Positions 56,103-63,122 of a stretch of DNA of 63,122 bases are shown here, piece after piece; position 1 is the stretch's first letter, and each line of letters opens with the position of its first letter. Location: IMG/VR virus record IMGVR_UViG_3300033067_000944, positions 1 to 63,122 of that record, one strand, 5' to 3'. Source of the stretch: a virus. Lineage: Duplodnaviria; Caudoviricetes. Made by a program: the position numbers and the translations under genes. Below the pieces are notes generated by a model. That model made no database searches. It was given only the letters and a program-made list of their open reading frames with translations, and was not told the DNA's origin.

Positions 56103-56294
56103 ATGAGTGACAAGCCGATTGATTTCACCTGCAAGGTCTGCGGCAAGGAATGCGACTGCGCACCGGACCCGCCTGATCGTGCTGTGTGCCCGGAACACTG
56201 CGAAGATCATGACTACGAATACGACCGCATGAGACGCGGCAAGTTCTGTAAGCACTGCGACGAACCTGTACCGGAGGATTATTACGATGAGTGA
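56103..56294 (+). CDS. Cys-rich small protein
   Basis: Several CxxC motifs. Confidence 0.6.
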   Translation: MSDKPIDFTCKVCGKECDCAPDPPDRAVCPEHCEDHDYEYDRMRRGKFCKHCDEPVPEDYYDE

Positions 56295-56577
56295 CAAGCC
56301 ACTAACCCCGGAAGAACGAGCCTGGAAGCTGTGGGAAGAGTACCAGGAACTATGCAAGCAAGGCTCGCAGGGTAATTTCCCCAGCGATGACGACGAAGCC
56401 GCACTATTCGCCAAGCACATCGCCGCAGCCGTGGCCGACGCTCGGAAGGATGAGCGTGCGAGGATTATTGCGACGATCACTCAGTACATCGACGATTGCA
56501 GGTTGTACGAAGATGTCAGGTCGCTCGATGTCGCGGAGTACATCGTGCAGGAAATTCAACAGGAACCAACCCAATGA
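56287..56577 (+). CDS. Hypothetical protein
   Basis: Coupled ORF. Confidence 0.6.
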   Translation: MSDKPLTPEERAWKLWEEYQELCKQGSQGNFPSDDDEAALFAKHIAAAVADARKDERARIIATITQYIDDCRLYEDVRSLDVAEYIVQEIQQEPTQ

Positions 56578-56783
56578 CCGGCAAAGTATTCACATGTTCG
56601 CTACGCCGTCGCGAGCGTAGCGAACTATACTTGGCGGCACAATCAGTAATTTTGGACCTCGAACGCGACATGGAGCGTAGAGACGCGAACGGCGAAAAAA
56701 CGAGTCGCACCAAACGAAAAATCGAAAGGCTTAAGCGTGCTTTAGAATCTTTGCGAACAGCTATCAAGGAGCCAACCCCATGA
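56574..56783 (+). CDS. Hypothetical protein
   Basis: ATGA coupling. Confidence 0.55.
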   Translation: MTGKVFTCSLRRRERSELYLAAQSVILDLERDMERRDANGEKTSRTKRKIERLKRALESLRTAIKEPTP

Positions 56784-57931
56784 CCACCGAAGCGAAGAAC
56801 GCGAACGAACTAATCCGATACCCGGTTGCTGTGATGGCCGGATGCCCGTGGAACATCCTTGATGCTGCCGGGATGCGAATTGCGATGTGCGGAGACCCTG
56901 GAAAGCTGGGGTACAACCACACCGATACATTGCGAGCCGCCGAAATCGTCCGCGCGCTGAACGCCTACCACGCTATCGAAAGCAAGCCGGCACCAGTGGA
57001 GGCGAGCGGAGAGCCGAGCGGGGCGGCGATGCGGGCATCACGCGAAATTGACGGTAGCGATAATTCAAAACCGCCATCGCCCTGGGTACGTGAAATAGCC
57101 CGCATCATCGACGACGCCTTCGCCGCCGAGCGTGCGGAAGCTGCTGAGCAGCTAGAGCGTCTACGAGAAATCCAGGTGGACCTGAACGGCGATTGCGAAA
57201 AAGCATGGGGAAAATTTCGTGAAGCCGAGCGTGAGCGGGACGAGGCGAGGGCGGAAGCCAAGTGTCTGACTAAGCGTTCCAGCGATTACCACGACGCATG
57301 GAAGTCAGTAACAGCTTTCATTAAGGAACTGGAAGCGGATTTAGCCGTATCCTACAAACTGCGTGAGCAAGCGGAGATATCGGCAATGTCGAACCGGAAA
57401 GAACACGCACAACTCCGTGCCGACCTGGACGAGGCTGTGGTGATTCTCAAAAACTGGGTCAGTGCGTCAACAGTTTCGATTTATGCAAGGCGAACGCAAA
57501 TATTCCTCGACCGCCTATCCAAGCCCAGTGAGCCGGGCAACTGTTCGGAACTCCCTGCGCAAGCTCCCTGCGCAAGCGTGGATACTCCCTGCGCACCGCC
57601 CGAGACAGCGACCGAGAGCGGGGATGCCTACGTCGGCTGGCATGATCGTCGTGATGAGCTTGGCCGGCGAGTTAGAGATACCTGGGTTCGATGGGCGCAA
57701 GATCAGCTATACACCAAGCCGTCATGGGTCATTCCGTATGATGAAATATCAGAAGCAGACAAAGAGGTGGACCGCCAGATTGGCGAGGACATCGCTGTGT
57801 TTGTGGAACTACAAGCACAAGCCACCATCGCCACCCTACGCCAGCAACTAGCCGAGCGGGACGCGGAGATTGAGCGGCTGAATTCCGTGCTGGCAGGCGT
57901 TCGGGAATTAATACACTCGTCAGGGGCTTGA
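56780..57931 (+). CDS. Mosaic coiled-coil phage protein
   Basis: Coiled coils plus a PYDEISEADKEVDR (RyR-repeat-like) segment. Confidence 0.6.
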   Translation: MTTEAKNANELIRYPVAVMAGCPWNILDAAGMRIAMCGDPGKLGYNHTDTLRAAEIVRALNAYHAIESKPAPVEASGEPSGAAMRASREIDGSDNSKPPSPWVREIARIIDDAFAAERAEAAEQLERLREIQVDLNGDCEKAWGKFREAERERDEARAEAKCLTKRSSDYHDAWKSVTAFIKELEADLAVSYKLREQAEISAMSNRKEHAQLRADLDEAVVILKNWVSASTVSIYARRTQIFLDRLSKPSEPGNCSELPAQAPCASVDTPCAPPETATESGDAYVGWHDRRDELGRRVRDTWVRWAQDQLYTKPSWVIPYDEISEADKEVDRQIGEDIAVFVELQAQATIATLRQQLAERDAEIERLNSVLAGVRELIHSSGA

Positions 57932-57944
57932 CATTTGGTATAAT
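57928..57944 (+). promoter_or_regulatory. Probable promoter of the lysis-like region
   Basis: Extended -10 TGGTATAAT (57936-57944); TTGACA nearby. Confidence 0.5.
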
Positions 57945-57955
57945 TTCCGCAGTAA

Positions 57956-58150
57956 ATGAGGGGACGCATGGCGGCATCCGGTTCAAATTCGCGCACCATC
58001 GAGCCTGAAAGCATCAGGCACATGGTTGGCGAATTGGTTCAGAAAGTCACGCGACCCGGTTATCACGGAGCATTCACGCTAACCGTACAAGTCCGCGACG
58101 GAGCAATCTACGCGGCTGACAAGGAACTCAAAGAGACGATCCGAGCGTAA
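57956..58150 (+). CDS. Small hypothetical protein
   Basis: Between a promoter and a terminator; YHG.FTL.V.DG.I. Confidence 0.55.
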   Translation: MRGRMAASGSNSRTIEPESIRHMVGELVQKVTRPGYHGAFTLTVQVRDGAIYAADKELKETIRA

Positions 58151-58176
58151 AACTTAAGGCATCTGAAAGCATCAGA

Positions 58177-58228
58177 GCCGCATTTGTGCAGTACCGGATA
58201 ACCCGGGCTGTGTGAATGCGGCTTTTTT
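58177..58228 (+). terminator. Terminator/attenuator hairpin
   Basis: GCCGCATT...AATGCGGC then T6. Confidence 0.7.
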
Positions 58229-58245
58229 CGTTTTGGGAGTCAATC

Positions 58246-58458
58246 GTGAACGGTACGCCGAAGTTTAGTTTCAACCGTGACGACCTAGTTCGAGTGCTGG
58301 AAAGTGCGGCGTTTTCCGCCGTTGCTGCCGGACTGGGATATCTGGCGTCGAACCTGACCAGCGTACACGTGAGCGGACCGACCGTGCTGATTTTGCCGTT
58401 GGTCGTTTCCGTTCTGTCGGCTGCACAGAAGTTCTTTTCGGATACCCGTACACCGTGA
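58246..58458 (+). CDS. Holin-like two-TM protein
   Basis: Two hydrophobic helices, GGAG RBS. Confidence 0.55.
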   Translation: MNGTPKFSFNRDDLVRVLESAAFSAVAAGLGYLASNLTSVHVSGPTVLILPLVVSVLSAAQKFFSDTRTP

Positions 58459-58465
58459 GTTAGCC

Positions 58466-58636
58466 ATGAAGTGGCTCGCCATGCTGCCAATTATCGGTGT
58501 TGTGTTCTGGAACGTCAGGCCCATCGAGACGGCGGTTAAGCGAGTGCTGTTATCGCGGGAGGTAGCGAAGTTGATCGGCTGGATTCTTTCGATACTGGGC
58601 GACTTACACGAGTTTCTTAATCGGACTCTGGCATGA
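58466..58636 (+). CDS. Small membrane protein (not in ORF track)
   Basis: MKWLAMLPIIGVVFW... Confidence 0.45.
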   Translation: MKWLAMLPIIGVVFWNVRPIETAVKRVLLSREVAKLIGWILSILGDLHEFLNRTLA

Positions 58637-58727
58637 GTAATTGCGAGCTTCTTTTAACGCTGCTGTTGGTTTTTGTGCTTGCCGGATCTTTCGTAACCGG
58701 ATTCCTGATTGTTGGTGGACCAAGAGC

Positions 58728-59885
58728 ATGATTCGATTCACAAGCATTGTACTGCTGCTAGTCGCCCTGCATGGCGGCGGGACGGCTAGCGGGCAGTCTC
58801 AAACGCCAAGCCCAGACGCATCGCACCACGAAGCCGTGGTATGGGTTCTAAGCCCAAGCGACTCGGCGGCTGGCACTGGCACACTCATCGACGTGGAAAG
58901 CCCGACAGGGCAGGTTCTAGGCGTCGTCATCACGGCCAATCACGTATACGAAGGCGGCAACGGTTCGGCAGTTATCGAATTCAAACATGGCAAGTATGCC
59001 GGAAAGAAACTGCGCGGAAACGTCGTCGCCAACGATGCAAGGCTCGACCTGTGTGCTATCGGATGTCAGGTTCCCCCGGATGCCCATCGCGTGCCTATCG
59101 CGTTCACCTATCCCGCCAAGGGCGATACGGTCGAGATGTGCGGCTATGGTGGTGGAAATTGGCGGCATTTCTTCGCCCCGGTTCTCGGGGCCACCACGCA
59201 TCAGTCAGCCGAGAATACGGATTTAGGCGTTGACTTCCAGAGCATATCAGGCGACTCGGGCGGCCCGATTCTCAGCCAGCAATCCGAGTTGATCGGCGTG
59301 CTGTGGGGCGGTCCAGGTCACGCTTATCCAACGCACGGCTGCTACGGCGATTACGTGCAGACGTTTCTGCGAACCGCTGGCATGATTCCGCGACGATGCC
59401 CGAACGGTCAATGTCCGCAGCCAACTCCGCAACAGCAGCAACAGCCCAGGTACAAGAATCCGCCCGTTATCGCTCAGCCTGACCCGCAGCCGCCAGCGGC
59501 GACTTCACCCGCGACTGTACCTGTCACTTCACCTGTCAAGCCATGCGAATGCGATCCAGCGAACGCCTGCAAGTGCGACAACGCGAAGCTGATTGCACCG
59601 CTGATCGAGCGAATCAAGATTCTCGAATCGAAGCTAGAGCATCTAACGCTAGCGAAGGGCGAGCCGGGTCCAGCCGGACCCAAGGGCGACACCGGACCAG
59701 CGGGCACTAACTGCATCGAACCAGACCCCGCGAAGCTGGCTGAACAAATCCAGGCGCATTTGAAACCGTTCTACATCCGAGTCGTGCCACCAGCGGGATA
59801 CACGGACAGCACGCCGCCCTACAACGCCGTCAAGCTCGGCCAAAAACTTGACTTGCAATTGGAACCAGTGCCGGCAGCCCAGTAG
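58728..59885 (+). CDS. Secreted trypsin-like serine protease with a collagen-like segment
   Basis: Signal peptide; TANHV, DL, GDSGGP triad; GEPGPAGPKGDTGPAG. Confidence 0.88.
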   Translation: MIRFTSIVLLLVALHGGGTASGQSQTPSPDASHHEAVVWVLSPSDSAAGTGTLIDVESPTGQVLGVVITANHVYEGGNGSAVIEFKHGKYAGKKLRGNVVANDARLDLCAIGCQVPPDAHRVPIAFTYPAKGDTVEMCGYGGGNWRHFFAPVLGATTHQSAENTDLGVDFQSISGDSGGPILSQQSELIGVLWGGPGHAYPTHGCYGDYVQTFLRTAGMIPRRCPNGQCPQPTPQQQQQPRYKNPPVIAQPDPQPPAATSPATVPVTSPVKPCECDPANACKCDNAKLIAPLIERIKILESKLEHLTLAKGEPGPAGPKGDTGPAGTNCIEPDPAKLAEQIQAHLKPFYIRVVPPAGYTDSTPPYNAVKLGQKLDLQLEPVPAAQ

Positions 59886-59918
59886 TGCCCCGGCTTTACC
59901 TTGTTAGGAGTTAGTTCA

Positions 59919-60140
59919 ATGGCAGATGTTCTAGACGTACCGGGCGGACTGCAACAGCAGGCTCTCGCTCGCATCAGTGCTTCGGGCGCGGCAGCGAACG
60001 AGCACTTCGTTTCGTTCGGCAAGATTCTGGACCTGAACTACGAAGCCGACCGCAAGATGGTTTCGCTCGTCCAGTCGCTTGGCGTCCGCGAAGTGACCAG
60101 TAAGTCGGGTCAGGAAGGCATTCCTGGGGCGGCCAAGTAA
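59919..60140 (+). CDS. Hypothetical protein
   Basis: AGGAG RBS. Confidence 0.6.
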   Translation: MADVLDVPGGLQQQALARISASGAAANEHFVSFGKILDLNYEADRKMVSLVQSLGVREVTSKSGQEGIPGAAK

Positions 60141-60151
60141 GCGAGTAAAGC

Positions 60152-60412
60152 ATGACCGAATCAATGGAGGATGAGGTCGTTCGGCTGCGAGCCGAAATCG
60201 AATCCTACAGGCAGCGTGAGTTAGCGGACCTAAAAGCCGCGCTCACGACTGCCCGTCAGGATGCCGACCACTACCGCAGCGAGGCACAGCGAAACGCCGA
60301 TCTTGGTCAGCAGATTGCAGCCGGATATCAGCAGCAAGTTGCCGACTTGAAATCCAAACTCGACGCACAAAACATCCTGAACCAAAGCAGGCGACCGGTC
60401 ATCGATGGATGA
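60152..60412 (+). CDS. Coiled-coil protein
   Basis: Heptad pattern. Confidence 0.6.
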   Translation: MTESMEDEVVRLRAEIESYRQRELADLKAALTTARQDADHYRSEAQRNADLGQQIAAGYQQQVADLKSKLDAQNILNQSRRPVIDG

Positions 60413-60593
60413 GCTAGAGCGAATCGTGATGGATGGCGTCTCGGCACACGAAAGATTCGTCGCCGAGTCGAAAGCGATTGACTACGCATGGAAAACGGGC
60501 ACGCTGGCGGACCTTGTGAACCAAATGAAGGAACGCGCGATTTATGAGTACAGCCGAACCGACCCCCGCGCCGCAGCCGGACCCGTTAGCTGA
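60405..60593 (+). CDS. Hypothetical protein
   Basis: Coupled ORF. Confidence 0.45.
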   Translation: MDELERIVMDGVSAHERFVAESKAIDYAWKTGTLADLVNQMKERAIYEYSRTDPRAAAGPVS

Positions 60594-61035
60594 CGAACCT
60601 GTCGATCTAGACAACGGAGTAAAGAAGGCACTGAATCTGTGGGCACTAACGCAAGTGGCCCACGAAGGCATGATGCTCGACAAGATCGGCAAACAAACCA
60701 AGCGAGTGCTTCAATTGGCTGATGCAGCGAGAACAGGAAAAACGGCAGCGAGCGATAGCCAGCCCGATGGTGAGGATATGGGCGTTAGCATCGGAAACGA
60801 AAAGCGGGAGTACCACTATCACTACGCACCGCAGCAACAGGATTCATCCGTGAAATCTCTCATGCCGTCCGCGAATACGCTGGGCACTGTCGGCAAGGTG
60901 TTGGCTGCTGCTGGTATCGGCGTTGGTGGTTTGCTCGCCTATCAGAATTACATGAAGCCCGACACACAGCCACCAGCCGGAAACGTGACGATCAACGGGC
61001 ACGATTACCAACTCGGCATCAAGGTCAAAGACTGA
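60544..61035 (+). CDS. Membrane-anchored hypothetical protein
   Basis: VLAAAGIGVGGLLAY hydrophobic segment. Confidence 0.6.
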   Translation: MSTAEPTPAPQPDPLADEPVDLDNGVKKALNLWALTQVAHEGMMLDKIGKQTKRVLQLADAARTGKTAASDSQPDGEDMGVSIGNEKREYHYHYAPQQQDSSVKSLMPSANTLGTVGKVLAAAGIGVGGLLAYQNYMKPDTQPPAGNVTINGHDYQLGIKVKD

Positions 61036-61622
61036 TGCAGATAGTGAACGACCACGAATTCCGAGTCGGTGACGTTATCGGCTTCTCCGGTAGCGACCTG
61101 ATTTCACGCGCGATTAAGCTCGCAACAGTGCCACCGTGGTATTGGCTTTCGGCACATTGGCGTTGCGTATCGCACGTCGGAATCTGCGTTCACTGGCACG
61201 ATAAGACTGTTATGGTTGAGAGCACGACGTTCAACAGCGACCCGTGCCTGATTACGAAACACAAGATAAAAGGCGTCCAGGCACACTTACCGCGTGAACG
61301 TGTCGAGAACTATCCGGGATACGTGTTCCGAATGCGACTCGATGAACGCTGGCGTTTCAATAAGTGGGACGCGAAGCACTTTAGCAGCGACGTGTTGAGC
61401 TACATCGGATTTCCCTACGACACACTCGGTGCGATCCGTTCGGCGACCGACGTTCCGGCTTACGCGAATCACAAGCGGCAGTTTTGCAGCAAGGTTGTTG
61501 CCGCAGCACTGGCACGGGCGAACCGATTGCCGCTATCGAATTCAAACTCGTACACGCCGAGCGGACTCATGCACCGGCTGTACGACGTAGAGACTTACGA
61601 CGAAGGTATCAGACTTAAATAA
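61035..61622 (+). CDS. Permuted papain-like (YiiX/YaeF, NlpC/P60) amidase
   Basis: GDVI.F, SHVGI, G.PYD, FCS, TP. Confidence 0.85.
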   Translation: MQIVNDHEFRVGDVIGFSGSDLISRAIKLATVPPWYWLSAHWRCVSHVGICVHWHDKTVMVESTTFNSDPCLITKHKIKGVQAHLPRERVENYPGYVFRMRLDERWRFNKWDAKHFSSDVLSYIGFPYDTLGAIRSATDVPAYANHKRQFCSKVVAAALARANRLPLSNSNSYTPSGLMHRLYDVETYDEGIRLK

Positions 61623-61632
61623 GGAGACGGGT

Positions 61633-61815
61633 ATGGCGTCCGAGAAACTGAAAGCCGTGATTGACACGGCAACTGTTCTGGAACAGGCCAAGAGCACGGC
61701 GGACGCGAAAGCTGACGCACTGGCTACGGCTACGGCTTCGGACGTAGAAGCGAAACAGGCGGTCAGTGACGCATTGGCAGCGTTCGATACGGCTGTGGCC
61801 GAACTCAAGTCATAA
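61633..61815 (+). CDS. Ala-rich small protein
   Basis: AAGGAG RBS. Confidence 0.6.
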   Translation: MASEKLKAVIDTATVLEQAKSTADAKADALATATASDVEAKQAVSDALAAFDTAVAELKS

Positions 61816-61826
61816 GGGCAACGACC

Positions 61827-62036
61827 ATGAAGCCATTCGTTTACACGCTAGCGATCCTGACGGCGATTGAGGCGGCTAAGGCAAACGCACAGCAGCCATG
61901 CCCGAACGGCAACTGTCAGCCGCAAGCCCAGGGCGAGTACCACCCGGCAACCCGCGTGCTCAAGCGTGGTTATCACCGCGTGGGACGTATCTGGTACGGC
62001 ATCTTCTCGCCAATCAACCTTCCGATTGGAAAGTAG
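61827..62036 (+). CDS. Small secreted protein
   Basis: Signal peptide followed by CPNGNC. Confidence 0.6.
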   Translation: MKPFVYTLAILTAIEAAKANAQQPCPNGNCQPQAQGEYHPATRVLKRGYHRVGRIWYGIFSPINLPIGK

Positions 62037-62042
62037 CGATCA

Positions 62043-62378
62043 ATGGGGCCAATCGAGGACAAGGCGAAGTTCTGGACAGTGCAGCTTAAAAGCGTTGTCC
62101 AGACGGTGGGCATCTCGGGCGTGATTCTCGGGATGGTTATGTATGGCGGCTACGGAATTATGATGCGCGTGATCGACGTCGTTGAGCCAAAGCTAGAGCG
62201 AGTCACGTCGGCAACGGTAGATCACATGGCGGAACAGACTGCCACCACCAAGCAAATATCCCAGACGATGAAGCAACAGAGCGAACTAATCCAGGGTTTG
62301 CATACGAAGGTGGACGGAGTTTCGAGTCGAATCGAGCGTATCGAAATCAAACTCGACAATCGAGGGCAACCGAAGTGA
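62043..62378 (+). CDS. TM plus coiled-coil protein (holin/spanin-like)
   Basis: One TM helix then a coiled coil. Confidence 0.55.
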   Translation: MGPIEDKAKFWTVQLKSVVQTVGISGVILGMVMYGGYGIMMRVIDVVEPKLERVTSATVDHMAEQTATTKQISQTMKQQSELIQGLHTKVDGVSSRIERIEIKLDNRGQPK

Positions 62379-62473
62379 AGTCATTCCTGCGCTGCATACT
62401 TCCCGACCTGATTTTCATCGCCGTACTCGGAGCCGTGGCGGCAATTGCACTAACCGCGAAGGGTAGCGACGAA

Positions 62474-63019
62474 CTAAGAAACGTGCGCCCAAGTGTAGCC
62501 GGTCACTGCGTTTGTGATAGTAATCGCGTGCACTCCGTAGATCGTGCCAAGTTCATTATGGGATGCACCGAGACTGCTCAGCACACGGACTGTCCTAACA
62601 ATATCCTCAGTCAGCTTTGCGCAGTGTTGCCTTTCTCCGCGAACTTGCGTTCCATGCTTAATTCGATCCCGCATGTTGCCAGTAGGGGTGTCCCATCGAA
62701 GATTGGATACGTCGCAATTGAGTGGATTTCCATCGTTATGGCATCCATGCATTCCATCTGGTCTTGCGCCGATGAAGTGCTCAAGTACCAAGTGGTGCAC
62801 GTGCTTCCATATCCGTTTTCCATTCATCCGAAATCCGACAACAAGGTAACCGTTGGCGCGGGATCGCTTGGTTGTCATGCGATTCCAGGTGTCAGATATA
62901 TGCCACTCGAACCCCATCGTTTTCGGCACTCTGCGTTTTGCTTTACACGTCCACACTGATCCATCTGAACCGATTCGATATGCTTCGCAACCATAAACAA
63001 GTTCGTAACGGATTGACAT
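62474..63019 (-). CDS. HNH homing endonuclease (NUMOD4-HNH type)
   Basis: Y.IGSDGSV, GYLVV, VHHLVLEHF, CHNDGNPLNC.VSNLRWDT..GN. Confidence 0.9.
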   Translation of the reverse strand: MSIRYELVYGCEAYRIGSDGSVWTCKAKRRVPKTMGFEWHISDTWNRMTTKRSRANGYLVVGFRMNGKRIWKHVHHLVLEHFIGARPDGMHGCHNDGNPLNCDVSNLRWDTPTGNMRDRIKHGTQVRGERQHCAKLTEDIVRTVRVLSSLGASHNELGTIYGVHAITITNAVTGYTWAHVS

Positions 63020-63122
63020 GACCTATAGACTCCGACATGTGATTGTTAACGCAACGATATCCATCGTGTATTACGCGATTTGTTGCGAATATGTTCACGC
63101 GGCAAATCAACAAAAACCAACG
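63018..63122 (+). CDS. Probable N-terminus of the thermonuclease, continuing at base 1
   Basis: 35 stop-free codons, MTYRLRHVIVNATISIVYYAICCEYVHAANQQKPT, in frame with 1-438. Confidence 0.5.
   Translation, partial: MTYRLRHVIVNATISIVYYAICCEYVHAANQQKPT

Larger units (their letters stand above)
1..63122. mobile_element. Temperate podovirus-like phage genome, apparently complete and circular
   Basis: Terminase, portal, capsid, tail/ejection, integrase+attP and replication modules; no host housekeeping genes; an ORF continues in frame across the ends. Confidence 0.9.

Noticed and set aside
1-63122. Stop-codon reassignment
   Set aside because: Core genes are intact under code 11, and TAG and TGA end genes at sensible coupled positions

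Overview
The window looks like an essentially complete ~63 kb temperate podovirus-like phage genome in circular (attP) form. A 35-codon ORF at the right end (63018-63122) runs in frame into the thermonuclease at 1-438. A Planctomycetota host is inferred from csrA, a trypsin/collagen protease and CPNGxC motifs, but is not proven. Layout: nuclease, methylase and small genes (1-8.2 kb, +); a repeat-rich non-coding block (8.2-9.1 kb); a repressor divergent from an early gene-cassette array (9.5-14.8 kb, +) that ends in a dead-plus-active serine recombinase pair; a virion operon on the minus strand (44.3 down to 16.3 kb: scaffold, capsid, glycosyl/methyltransferase, terminase, portal, tail, ejection proteins); a tyrosine integrase with a tRNA-Gly attP; recombination and replication genes; and an atypical lysis-like region. 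The most unusual signal is in the early array. Seven copies of a hairpin have different but complementary stems and a conserved 9-nt loop (CGnYKGRGW). Six of them follow a long imperfect stem that starts at the upstream stop codon, and each is followed by GCGGAG. About 13 co-oriented TAGGNCACTA-like sites overlie the array. All product calls come from motifs read by eye; no searches were run.
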